Source of the DNA: a virus
Taxonomy: Duplodnaviria > Heunggongvirae > Uroviricota > Caudoviricetes
Length of the DNA stretch: 42,016 nt
Virus record (IMG/VR): IMGVR_UViG_2778261180_000002
Span: 1-42,016 of that record
Strand: one strand, 5' to 3'
Shown: positions 10,205 through 18,527 of the stretch, piece by piece
Position numbering within the stretch: position 1 is the stretch's first letter
How the letters are laid out: every line of letters starts with the position of its first letter
Translations under genes and position numbers: made by a program
Notes under the pieces: model-generated
Database searches by the model: none
Told to the model about the DNA's origin: nothing
The model's input: only the letters and a program-made list of their open reading frames with translations

Positions 10205-11107
10205 TTAACCCTCCAGTGCTTTTTCAGCCAGGGTGATTACTTCAGCGAGATTTTCATCCGTTACTTCACCAAGTTTCCTGGCTCCCTGTTTTTCCAGAAT
10301 TGCAATAGCTTCTGCCCGGTAACCCCCTTTTGCTAACTGGAGGATCAACCCTTCAGCTTGTTTGCGTAGTGCCGCGAAATCAATTGTATGGTCATCTTTG
10401 GCGTCATTATTCTGGCTGGAATTTGCTGCGTCTCTGCGTGCAAATTCTTCCTGCAGCTGAAGGTACTCAACACGGTTGATCTCGATATGGCCTTTTTTCA
10501 GCATCTCGTTCAACTTGCGTAAGGTGTGGAGTTCACTGGCTGCTGTGCCGGATACATTTTTGACGTAAAACGGCCCCGTGCGTTCTCCATCTTTGTTACT
10601 GGCCTTTTTCGGCTTAACTTCATCACGCCCATCCGCAGGTGCATCAAGTAGCTGCTCGGCAAAAGCACGCCGCTCGCCGATGGTTGGCAGGTCGTCCCAG
10701 AACTTAAGGATGTTACGGGACAGGTCCAGGAGAGCAGGTTTAAGCAGCGCCCTGGCTCGTTTGACGCCCTGCAATGCGCTGTCGAGAGCATCAATCTGAA
10801 CTACTCGTTTATCGCCTTCAGCATCACGGTAGGCAACAGCACGTTGCAGCATGTCTTCTGTGATAGGGGTGGCTACCGGGTAGAAACCAGCCAGTGCGAT
10901 AACGTCGCTGAACTCCAGATCATCCAGTGTCATTGCCGCTGACATATTTTCAGTTTCAGTTGCTGTATCCCGACATTCCTGCACTCGTGAAATCGTGTCA
11001 GGATGCATAACAATACCTGATGCCATTGTGCGGATAAGACGTTCAAGCAGCGCATTATGTTGTGCCAGAAGTTGATTATTAAGTTCGAGACTGGTTTCTA
11101 AACTCAT
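10205..11107 (-). CDS. hypothetical protein (early operon)
   Basis: 300-aa ORF, ATG 11105-11107 overlapping the upstream ORF stop (ATGA). No recognisable motifs. Confidence 0.55.
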   Translation of the reverse strand: MSLETSLELNNQLLAQHNALLERLIRTMASGIVMHPDTISRVQECRDTATETENMSAAMTLDDLEFSDVIALAGFYPVATPITEDMLQRAVAYRDAEGDKRVVQIDALDSALQGVKRARALLKPALLDLSRNILKFWDDLPTIGERRAFAEQLLDAPADGRDEVKPKKASNKDGERTGPFYVKNVSGTAASELHTLRKLNEMLKKGHIEINRVEYLQLQEEFARRDAANSSQNNDAKDDHTIDFAALRKQAEGLILQLAKGGYRAEAIAILEKQGARKLGEVTDENLAEVITLAEKALEG

Positions 11108-11286
11108 ACTGTGGTCCTCGCTACAAGGAGAATGAAAGTGATGATCAGACCGAGCGCAGTGGCAACGGCCAGACCGGTCATCAAATCGAAGTTTTTACGG
11201 CGATAACGGAGAACATCGCGCCCCGTCAGTCGATGGAGGTATTCAGGTTTCATCGGTTGTATTCCTTTTTTCATATCGGGGAGCAC
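11104..11286 (-). CDS. hypothetical small protein with C-terminal hydrophobic helix
   Basis: 60-aa ORF (GTG 11286 or ATG 11274). Weak ribosome-binding site. C-terminal segment LAVATALGLIITFILLV looks transmembrane. Confidence 0.3.
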   Translation of the reverse strand: MLPDMKKGIQPMKPEYLHRLTGRDVLRYRRKNFDLMTGLAVATALGLIITFILLVARTTV

Positions 11287-11369
11287 GCTGTTGCGAGTGT
11301 GCTTTCAGACATAAAAAAGCCCGTCACGTGAGGCGGGCAAAGACTACACACAGCAATTACATGGATGAT

Positions 11370-11564
11370 TCAGTTGGTATTGTGCGTACGTGGTACCACA
11401 AGGTTGAAGCGGACACGCCAGTGCGTTGCAATGGTATGCAGGAAAGCACCACATCCAGGGCAGTGCTCATAACATTCGTTGATTTGGTATCGTTTTGGCT
11501 TTGGTGTCTGAAGCTGTGTTTGGCAAGCAGGGCATTCACTTTTGAGCGGTTTATACGTTTTCAC
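11370..11564 (-). CDS. small zinc-ribbon-like protein
   Basis: 64 aa, GTG start with GAGGAAA upstream. CPAC...CPGC Cys pairs. Sits between CI and the early-left operon where small regulators usually are. Confidence 0.4.
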   Translation of the reverse strand: MKTYKPLKSECPACQTQLQTPKPKRYQINECYEHCPGCGAFLHTIATHWRVRFNLVVPRTHNTN

Positions 11565-11823
11565 GCCGTTTCCTCATTCAGTTCACTTTGGTGGTTCGGC
11601 GGCTTCGACCCAGTGCTTCGCCGCACCCCAAAGGGAACTTACTGACCCGTATTGCCGACATCCTGTCCCGCCACGGTCCCGACGCATGGTTTAGAGTCGC
11701 GCCGTTCGACTTGTGGTTAAAATATCTGTGTATAGACATCTTAACTTCACGTGTATAGTTAAGACTTCTAAACTCACAAAGTCAAGTGTTATGGTTAAGA
11801 AAAGTGAACTTTTTCGGATAGGT

Positions 11824-11850
11824 AAAGAAAAGCCCGCTTAGGAAGCGGGC
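11824..11850 (-). terminator. rho-independent terminator downstream of the repressor gene
   Basis: Perfect 8-bp stem GCCCGCTT/AAGCGGGC with 3-nt loop (11832-11850), followed on the minus strand by TTTTCTTT. Lies just after the CI stop codon. Confidence 0.7.
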
Positions 11851-11874
11851 ATGTGGTATAGAGTGAATTTACGC

Positions 11875-12567
11875 TCAGAGCAGAACGGAGTACCAAAATA
11901 CTTGGCCTATAATCCTGATTTTATTAGCCTCTTGATTAAAATACTCTTCGTCTGCGTATTCATCCCTATTGAAAGAGCGTATCCGGAGTCCGCTTGGGAG
12001 ACGGTACAATAGTTTGACACGAAGTAATCCGTCTTGGTCTATAGCGTACATTTGACCATCTTTTACACCTGTTTTTGATGTATCTATGCCGACGACAGCG
12101 CCATCCGGTAATACCGGTTCCATGCTGTTGCCGTGGATACTGACACAAGCCGCACAATTTACGTCAACACCTGCTTTGCGCAACGTTGAACGGGCGAATC
12201 TTAACTTACATCCCATTCGATCTATATCAACATAAGTACCATTACCGGCAGATAGCTCAATTTCCTGATAGAACGGTATTTCCACTTCATCATCCTCTAA
12301 TGGCGTTGATGAGTCCCATACAGAAAACCCTCCCTCAACTTGTGCATTAGAATGTATTTCTTTGGTATCGCTTGTTTTGCCTGAAAGTAGCCACTCTGGA
12401 GAAACGTTCAATGCTTCGGCCAGATTTATAAGATTTTTCCCGTTAGGTGTGGTGTTTCCGGATTCCCATTGTGAAATCGTGGCTTTAGTTAGACCAATAC
12501 GTTTAGCAAGCGCATCCTGCGTTAGGTGGACATTGCGACGAGCCTCGCGAATACGATCATTAATCAT
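11875..12567 (-). CDS. cI: CI-like repressor (HTH_XRE + S24 LexA-like peptidase)
   Basis: N-terminal HTH (LTQDALAKRIGLTKATISQWESG). C-terminal S24 motifs (GNSMEP ... later Lys). Divergent from a Cro-like gene. Confidence 0.9.
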   Translation of the reverse strand: MINDRIREARRNVHLTQDALAKRIGLTKATISQWESGNTTPNGKNLINLAEALNVSPEWLLSGKTSDTKEIHSNAQVEGGFSVWDSSTPLEDDEVEIPFYQEIELSAGNGTYVDIDRMGCKLRFARSTLRKAGVDVNCAACVSIHGNSMEPVLPDGAVVGIDTSKTGVKDGQMYAIDQDGLLRVKLLYRLPSGLRIRSFNRDEYADEEYFNQEANKIRIIGQVFWYSVLL

Positions 12568-12680
12568 GGTTTTACCCTCATATAGTTTAGTTAGCTTAAC
12601 TTAATCAGGGTATCGCTTTCTTGACTTGTTGGTTTAGTTTTCTTAACCTCATATAACCATATATTTCCTGGGTAACGGTT
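12568..12680. promoter_or_regulatory. divergent immunity promoter/operator region (OR-like)
   Basis: 113-bp gap between divergent cI and cro. TTGACT at 12621-12626. Repeated CTTAAC/AGTTAG elements (for example AGTTAGCTTAACTT at about 12589-12602), also seen left of cI at 11740-11763. Confidence 0.5.
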
Positions 12681-12866
12681 ATGAAAAAAGCAGAAGCAAT
12701 TGAGCTTGCAGGAAGTAAAGCGAAACTAGCGAGACTATTGAAGGTTTCCAAAGGAGCCGTATCTCAATGGGGGGAGGAAATCCCAGAGTTAAGAGCTCTT
12801 CAACTTGAAAAGATTTTGGAGCAAAAAAATGTAGTCAAACAAAAAGGCTTAACCCATGTCCGATAG
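12681..12866 (+). CDS. cro: Cro-like HTH regulator
   Basis: 61 aa with HTH (KAKLARLLKVSKGAVSQW). Divergent from cI. Its stop overlaps the primase start. Confidence 0.75.
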   Translation: MKKAEAIELAGSKAKLARLLKVSKGAVSQWGEEIPELRALQLEKILEQKNVVKQKGLTHVR

Positions 12867-15066
12867 CAAACCATGGGGAGCTACGCCTGATGAGTGGTTT
12901 CATTTCGACCTGGTATTGGGGAGAACTGATCATCTTCTGCCAGTTGTATGTAACCCCGGTGCGACCATATCCCCTGATAGTAAACTGAAAGCGTTGGGTA
13001 AAACGCCGAGTCGCTATAACCGGGACCGCCAGGTCACCGGTATTGCTCAATGGACCGGGCATGTTGTTACTGAGCATGATTTTGCCCGCTGGTCGAATGA
13101 ACCGGATTATGGCATCTGCGTGCGTACAGGCCATGGCTGGCTGGCGCTGGACTGCGATAGCGAAGATGAAGACATTCAGGCGGATATTCGCAAAACGCTT
13201 GTGCAACTTCTGGGGGAGTTGCCGCCGCGACGCTGGCGAGCAAACAGTAATAAGTGTCTGTATCTGCTGGCCGTTGATGGTGATTTCCGTAAGCGTATCC
13301 ATCGCCTGGCGGGGGATATGGGCGTTATCGAGTTGCTGGCGAACGGGCAGCAGTTCGTTGCCTGCGGTACGCACAGCAGCGGCGCGCGTATTGAATGGGA
13401 CGGCGGTTTGCCGGATGAACCTCCGGCTATTACTGGTGAGCAGCTTGAAACGCTGTGGCAGCGCCTGGCTGAACAACTCCCTGTGTCGGTAACCACCGAA
13501 GCGGGCAACACGAAGATGCGCGACCGATCAGCATTCACGCCCGGCGCGACGGATGATACAGCTGAATATCTTGATGCCAATGGCTGGACGCTGCTGGATG
13601 GCGCAAACGGTGAACGATATATCCGCTGTCCGTTTGAAGACGGCCACAGTAGCGGGGGCGATCCAACAAGTACAGTTTATTTTCCTGCGGGAACTGCGGG
13701 CTTTGAGCAGGGGCATTTTAAATGCCTGCATGCCAGTTGTGCGCATCGTGATGACGGAGATTTCCTGAATGCCATCGGGATCCGCAACGACGATTTCGAA
13801 GATCTGACCAGCACCGAAGTGGCGGAACCTTTACCGCTGCCTGCTTTCGAGCGTGATAAATGGGGGCGTATCGAGGCAACCATCAGCAACGCAGCCAAAG
13901 CAGTAGTACGCCCTGATTTTGTGGACATCGATATTCGCTTTGACCTGTTCCGCGACGAAATCATGTTTGCCCCGGCAGGATCCGGACAATGGCGGGCATT
14001 CACCGATGCGGATTATGCGCGCCTGCGCATCACGATGGAAAAGCGGGGATTTAAACCTGTTGGCCGTGAACTTATTCGCGATGTGGTGTTACTTGCAGCC
14101 GATGAACAACCATTCGATTCAGCGATCACCTGGCTGAACGGACTGGAGTGGGATGGGGTGCCGCGCATCGAATGTTTCTACCATACGCACTTCGGTACCG
14201 CCGACACGCCTTATACCCGTGCGGTGTCTATGTACATGTGGACCGCGTTGGCGGGGCGAGTACTGGAGCCAGGCATCAAAGCGGATATGGTGCCGATCCT
14301 CGTTGGTCCGCAGGGCTGCGGTAAGTCTTCCGGAGTGGAGGCACTGAGCCCTGATCCTGCGTTTTTTACTGAAATCTCTTTTGCCGAAAAAGACGATGAT
14401 CTCGCTCGAAAAATGCGTGGTCGGCTGGTGGCAGAGATTGGTGAACTGCGCGGACTTAATACCAAAGAGCTGGAGTCAATCAAAGCGTTTGTGACGCGTA
14501 CTCACGAAAACTGGATCCCGAAATACCGGGAGTTCGCCACCCAGTTTCCTCGTCGCCTGGTGTTCGTTGGTACCACCAATGAGGACGAATTCCTTGCGGA
14601 CAAGACTGGTAACCGTCGCTGGCTCCCCGTGGAAGTGTCGAAAGTCGACGTGAAAGCGATAAAAAGAGATCTCCTTTTACTTTGGGCTGAGGCTCGTGAG
14701 GTGTTTCAGCGTCTGGGGGGTATCCAGTTCCGTGAGGCTGAACAACTGGCAGCGAGTGTCCATGAACAGTACACCATCAAGGATGCTTGGCTTGAAACGG
14801 TAGAGAAATGGCTCGACACGCCAGACCTGATGACTAATGAACTTCCGCGAAATTGCGAATTTTTACGCGCAAGTGATGTTTTGCGTGATGCGATTGGGCT
14901 AAATCCTGACCGCATCGGAAAACGCGAAGAAATGCGAATTAGTAATGTTTTGCAAAATTGCGGGTATAAGCGTGCCCAAAGGCGAATTGGGGGGAAAAAA
15001 TGCAAGGTTTGGGAACCGCTGGAACCACCTAAAAGAGAAGGTGGTTCCACCTTGCAGGCCTTGTGA
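12856..15066 (+). CDS. bifunctional primase-polymerase / VirE-type P-loop NTPase (replicative primase-helicase)
   Basis: 736 aa. N-terminal prim-pol-like region; Cys/His zinc-binding segment (CPFEDGH ... CLHASCAH); Walker A GPQGCGKSS in a VirE/D5-like C-terminal domain. Confidence 0.8.
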   Translation: MSDSKPWGATPDEWFHFDLVLGRTDHLLPVVCNPGATISPDSKLKALGKTPSRYNRDRQVTGIAQWTGHVVTEHDFARWSNEPDYGICVRTGHGWLALDCDSEDEDIQADIRKTLVQLLGELPPRRWRANSNKCLYLLAVDGDFRKRIHRLAGDMGVIELLANGQQFVACGTHSSGARIEWDGGLPDEPPAITGEQLETLWQRLAEQLPVSVTTEAGNTKMRDRSAFTPGATDDTAEYLDANGWTLLDGANGERYIRCPFEDGHSSGGDPTSTVYFPAGTAGFEQGHFKCLHASCAHRDDGDFLNAIGIRNDDFEDLTSTEVAEPLPLPAFERDKWGRIEATISNAAKAVVRPDFVDIDIRFDLFRDEIMFAPAGSGQWRAFTDADYARLRITMEKRGFKPVGRELIRDVVLLAADEQPFDSAITWLNGLEWDGVPRIECFYHTHFGTADTPYTRAVSMYMWTALAGRVLEPGIKADMVPILVGPQGCGKSSGVEALSPDPAFFTEISFAEKDDDLARKMRGRLVAEIGELRGLNTKELESIKAFVTRTHENWIPKYREFATQFPRRLVFVGTTNEDEFLADKTGNRRWLPVEVSKVDVKAIKRDLLLLWAEAREVFQRLGGIQFREAEQLAASVHEQYTIKDAWLETVEKWLDTPDLMTNELPRNCEFLRASDVLRDAIGLNPDRIGKREEMRISNVLQNCGYKRAQRRIGGKKCKVWEPLEPPKREGGSTLQAL

Positions 15067-15190
15067 CAAGCGGGTCGGAACTACTGGAACCACTGGAACC
15101 GCCTTTCTACTAGAAACCCCATATATATATATAAGTCGATTGAGGGAAAGGTTAGGAAAAGGTGGTTCCAGGTGGGGGCAGGTGGTTCCA
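15011..15190. repeat. iteron array with AT tract; candidate origin of replication
   Basis: GGAACC direct repeats with 9-bp phasing (15012, 15021; then 15077, 15086, 15095). Near-palindrome GGTGGTTCCACC (15040-15051). (AT)6-7 tract at 15121-15133. Three 10-bp phased inverted-orientation repeats GGTGGTTCCA/GGTGGGGGCA/GGTGGTTCCA (15161-15190). Overlaps the primase 3' end. Confidence 0.6.
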
Positions 15191-15320
15191 CTCCGAATTA
15201 GCAACTTTTTGCATTTTGATACATGCAATATGCGAATCGGAACTGCGTTATCCACACCCACGGATAAACAGACGTAGTTCTCAGAAAATTTTTTCGTAGC
15301 AAAACGTAGAGGTCAGAGCT

Positions 15321-15743
15321 ATGCGTAATATTCAACAGGTTTTAGAGCGCTGGGGTGGCTGGGCAGCGAGTGAAGGTGGTAGCGTCTACTTTCCTCCTGT
15401 TGCAGCCGGGTTTAAGAATCTGCTACCCGCGACGCAGTCTGGAAGGCTGAAATGCAGTGACAATGACGGTCTTATCATCAACTCCGCTATGAGCTGCCTG
15501 AAGAAAAAAGATCCGTATCTGTGCACGCTCCTTGAGTGGCATTACGTCCAGGCCATGCCCGTGCGGACGATGGGTGAGAAGCTCGGCGTATCTCACACCC
15601 ACGTTCTGAAGAGGCTTCAGGCGGCAGAGGGATTTATTGACGGTTGCTTAGCCATGCTGGATGTGGTGCTCGAAATGGATCAGTCGGTTCAGTCAAAGCC
15701 TCAGGTTATCAGGACGTTGCGTAGGAGCTGCTCGGCGGCATAA
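15321..15743 (+). CDS. Q-type late antiterminator (Phage_antitermQ-like)
   Basis: 140 aa beginning MRNIQQVLERWGGWAA, which resembles the N-terminus I recall for E. coli prophage Q-like antiterminators (QuuD-type). Located just upstream of the lysis cassette. Confidence 0.65.
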   Translation: MRNIQQVLERWGGWAASEGGSVYFPPVAAGFKNLLPATQSGRLKCSDNDGLIINSAMSCLKKKDPYLCTLLEWHYVQAMPVRTMGEKLGVSHTHVLKRLQAAEGFIDGCLAMLDVVLEMDQSVQSKPQVIRTLRRSCSAA

Positions 15744-15774
15744 TATCCAGCAATCAATCACGTAAGGGAACCAG

Positions 15775-16116
15775 ATGGCTCTGATCAGCGTTCGCAACAG
15801 ATTTGAAAGCTTCATGGAACAGAGGTACCCAGACCTGTCGTTGCAGGTCAAAGGTAATATTGGCGCATCAATGAAGGCTCAACTTGGCATCAGGGTTGAA
15901 CGAGAATTGTACAGTGAAGATGTTACTTACTGTGATTCAGCAGTTCAGTTGATGTGGACACTCTTTCAGGCAGGTGTTCTGGCCGAACGAAAAGCTACCA
16001 GCGTTACGCTTCCTGCGCTGAAGGCAAAGCCGGATAGCTTCTACGATGCGGGTTATAACGAAGGTATTCAGGACTGTCGTAAACATCTGACGGCATCAGG
16101 CATCAAGGTAAGATAA
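15775..16116 (+). CDS. hypothetical protein
   Basis: 113-aa ORF 31 nt after the Q-like gene, followed by a terminator. No recognisable motifs. Confidence 0.45.
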   Translation: MALISVRNRFESFMEQRYPDLSLQVKGNIGASMKAQLGIRVERELYSEDVTYCDSAVQLMWTLFQAGVLAERKATSVTLPALKAKPDSFYDAGYNEGIQDCRKHLTASGIKVR

Positions 16117-16183
16117 AAAATAGTTGTGGAATTCCAAAAAGCCGATTAGCCTGATATCTGTTGAAAACAGTTCATCACGAAGA

Positions 16184-16207
16184 GGCTCCCGCAAGGGGGC
16201 CTTTTTT
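16184..16207 (+). terminator. rho-independent terminator
   Basis: Stem GGCTCCC/GGGGGCC (one G-U pair), loop GCAA, then TTTTTT (16202-16207). Confidence 0.65.
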
Positions 16208-16561
16208 AATGCTCTATTCTCAGTAAAAGTTAATAAAACAGGGTTTTCGTCGCGAAAAAACGCTATGCAGTTTTTGCCCTTTTTTATGCACCTTTTATTC
16301 ACTCGAATTTTGCTATTCTGGACCACTTAAGTTGATTAAATAGGCCTTTCATCGCAAATCTATTGCGAGCGGTGATCGTGTGGTTCCTATAACGTACATT
16401 ATGTTAAATAACATCCTTTTTTAACAAATTTAACAAGGTTCGCTATGGCGAACTTTTTTTGTATTCAGGGCCCACCGAAGGACGGTTCATACCCCAATCC
16501 TACGGGCGTATACGCAGGGCCCGCCTTTCAACAACACCCCGTAATGGCGGAGGTGGGAAGT

Positions 16562-16903
16562 ATGAAAATGCACAATGCTCCTCATTCCTGGCCTGACTTA
16601 CTGGAACTCTTACAAAGTTGGTGGCGTGGAGATACGCCGTTGGGCGCAGTGGTTATGTCAATTGTTATGGCTGGCTTGCGCATTGCCTATTTTGGCGGTG
16701 GCGGCGGCTGGAAACGAAAAACGCTTGAGATTTTGCTCTGTGGTGCTCTGACGCTGACCTTTGCATCCGCTCTTGAGTATGTTGGATGGCCTAAATCGCT
16801 TTCTGTTGCCATTGGTGGTGGTGTTGGGCTGATCGGTGTGGATGCTATTCGTGGGGCTGCAATGCGAGTAATCGGTAACAAGTTTGGTGGCTCTAAGGAG
16901 TAA
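16562..16903 (+). CDS. class I holin with dual-start (MKM) motif
   Basis: GGAGG 8 nt upstream of ATG 16562; second in-frame ATG at 16568 (Met-Lys-Met as in lambda S). Hydrophobic helices. Immediately precedes the endolysin. The track's longer ORF from 16445 lacks a ribosome-binding site. Confidence 0.7.
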   Translation: MKMHNAPHSWPDLLELLQSWWRGDTPLGAVVMSIVMAGLRIAYFGGGGGWKRKTLEILLCGALTLTFASALEYVGWPKSLSVAIGGGVGLIGVDAIRGAAMRVIGNKFGGSKE

Positions 16904-16906
16904 TTC

Positions 16907-17383
16907 ATGCAGACACTAAATTCCCAACGTAAAGCTTTCCTGGATATGGTGGCATGGTCAGAAGGAACGGATAACGGGCGACAACCGACACGTAATCACG
17001 GTTATGACGTTATCGTCGGAGGTGAGTTGTTCACTGATTACTCCGATCACCCTCGCAAACTTGTCACGCTAAACCCGAAGCTTAAATCAACAGCCGCAGG
17101 ACGGTATCAGCTTCTTTCACGCTGGTGGGATGCCTACCGTAAGCAGCTTGGCCTGAAAGATTTTTCGCCAGAAAGTCAGGACGCTGTGGCGCTGCAGCAG
17201 ATTAAAGAGCGTGGCGCTTTACCGATGATTGACTGTGGCGATATTCGTCAGGCAATCGACCGTTGCAGCAATATCTGGGCGTCGTTACCTGGTGCAGGTT
17301 ACGGTCAGTATGAACATAAAATCGGTGACCTGATTTCCAGGTTTAAAGATGCTGGTGGGGTGGTAAATGAAGCTGACTTATAA
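16907..17383 (+). CDS. R: endolysin, lambda R-like lytic transglycosylase
   Basis: 158 aa with near-identity over most of its length to lambda R as I recall it (KAFLDM.AWSEGTDNGRQ.TRNHGYDVIVGGELFTDYSDHPRKLVTLNPKLKST). AAGGAG ribosome-binding site. Confidence 0.9.
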   Translation: MQTLNSQRKAFLDMVAWSEGTDNGRQPTRNHGYDVIVGGELFTDYSDHPRKLVTLNPKLKSTAAGRYQLLSRWWDAYRKQLGLKDFSPESQDAVALQQIKERGALPMIDCGDIRQAIDRCSNIWASLPGAGYGQYEHKIGDLISRFKDAGGVVNEADL

Positions 17384-17891
17384 GATTGTCATCGCGGCAC
17401 TTTTCTTCTCTGCCTTTGGGGCGCTCGTCTGGTCTGCAAACCATTACCACAGCAAGTATCAGGCAGAAAAGTTGCGGGCTGATAAAGCGGAAGGTGAAGC
17501 TGAATATCAAGGGAAAGTGATAGCTAATCAGGCATTAAACTTCAATCGTTTTAACCAGATAGCAGAAAACGCAAGCCGATTAAATTCTCTGGTCGACATC
17601 GATCACGAGAAGACAGTCATCAAATACCGTGAGGTTCTGCTCCGTGAAAAGAACTGTGATTTCCCTGTTCCTGCTGATATTGCTGTCGGGTTGCTCAACT
17701 ACGCGAACCGTTTACGCGCCAGCGCATTGCACGCCGATTCCGGGGACATTGACTCAGCCAGTGATCGTGCCACTACCACCAGAACGTTGACATATTGCCA
17801 GGCTGTTCTGTGGATTAACCCACTGTTGGCAGCCATCGAGAAGGCGAATAACCAGTTGGCTGGTGTCCGACAAGTAGAACAGTCCCGGTAA
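17367..17891 (+). CDS. Rz: i-spanin (Rz-like)
   Basis: 174 aa with N-terminal transmembrane helix (IVIAALFFSAFGALVW) and coiled-coil-like remainder. Overlaps the endolysin stop. Contains an embedded out-of-frame lipoprotein gene. Confidence 0.7.
   Translation: MKLTYKIVIAALFFSAFGALVWSANHYHSKYQAEKLRADKAEGEAEYQGKVIANQALNFNRFNQIAENASRLNSLVDIDHEKTVIKYREVLLREKNCDFPVPADIAVGLLNYANRLRASALHADSGDIDSASDRATTTRTLTYCQAVLWINPLLAAIEKANNQLAGVRQVEQSR
17644..17790 (+). CDS. Rz1: o-spanin (Rz1-like) lipoprotein embedded in +1 frame of Rz
   Basis: Hand translation from GTG 17644 gives MKRTVISLFLLILLSGCSTTRTVYAPAHCTPIPGTLTQPVIVPLPPER (48 aa). Signal peptide with lipobox LSGC and proline-rich mature part. Stop TGA 17788-17790. 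Not in the ORF track because it is under 60 aa. Confidence 0.65.
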   Translation: MKRTVISLFLLILLSGCSTTRTVYAPAHCTPIPGTLTQPVIVPLPPER

Positions 17892-17952
17892 TAGCATTAC
17901 AGAAGCTCTTCCAGGAGGGGCTTCGATAATGACCTGATAACTGGAAAATAAA

Positions 17953-18525
17953 ATGACTAAGAAGCTGAAAGCAAAACACGAGGTGTTTTGTCGCGAGTTT
18001 CTTGTCGATCTGAATGCTACACAAGCAGCTATTCGCGCAGGCTACGTCTCCAGGCGAGCACATGTTACGGGGGCTGAACTATACGGTAAACCTGAGATAC
18101 GCGCCCGTATTAACGAGCTAAAGCAGGAGCGTATTGATCAACTGGGCATTGATGCGAATTATGTGCTGATGCGACTGGTTGAGATCGACAGGCTCGATGT
18201 GGCTGACATCCTGGAGGACGATTTAAGTATTAAGCCTCTGTCTGCGTGGCCGGAATCGTGGCGTCGGTACCTGAGTGGATTTAACCTCGCTGAAATGTTT
18301 GAGGGGCGAGGAGATGACAGAGAAATGGTCGGGATCCTTAAAAAGATTAAGTGGCCTGATAAGGTTAAAAACCTTGAGTTGCTTGGGCGTCATGTTTCTG
18401 TTCAGGCGTTTAAAGACAACGTCAAAAATGAAGTGACTGGCGCTGATGGAGGACCAGTCAGAACAGAAATTACCAACTTAACGCCGGAGCAGGCTGCAGA
18501 GGCGTATAGAAAAATGATGGGCTAA
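17953..18525 (+). CDS. terminase small subunit
   Basis: 190 aa with N-terminal [27 protein letters not shown], characteristic of Terminase_2-type small subunits. Directly upstream of the large subunit. Confidence 0.7.
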   Translation: MTKKLKAKHEVFCREFLVDLNATQAAIRAGYVSRRAHVTGAELYGKPEIRARINELKQERIDQLGIDANYVLMRLVEIDRLDVADILEDDLSIKPLSAWPESWRRYLSGFNLAEMFEGRGDDREMVGILKKIKWPDKVKNLELLGRHVSVQAFKDNVKNEVTGADGGPVRTEITNLTPEQAAEAYRKMMG

Positions 18526-18527
18526 GT

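Noticed and set aside
11600-11700. Possible tRNA (GTTCGA-like T-loop near 11702-11710) as integration target or cargo
   Set aside because: Flanking sequence cannot form a T-stem or acceptor stem; no cloverleaf can be drawn.
13176-14483. Minus-strand ORFs (for example 13176-13580, 13677-14003, 14211-14483) inside the primase gene
   Set aside because: Antisense to a long well-supported ORF, with Arg/Ser/Ala-rich low-complexity translations. Shadow ORFs.
15011-15190. Possible CRISPR array, given the many short repeats
   Set aside because: Repeats are 9-10 bp with helical phasing and no regular unique spacers, and no cas genes are present. Iteron origin is the better explanation.
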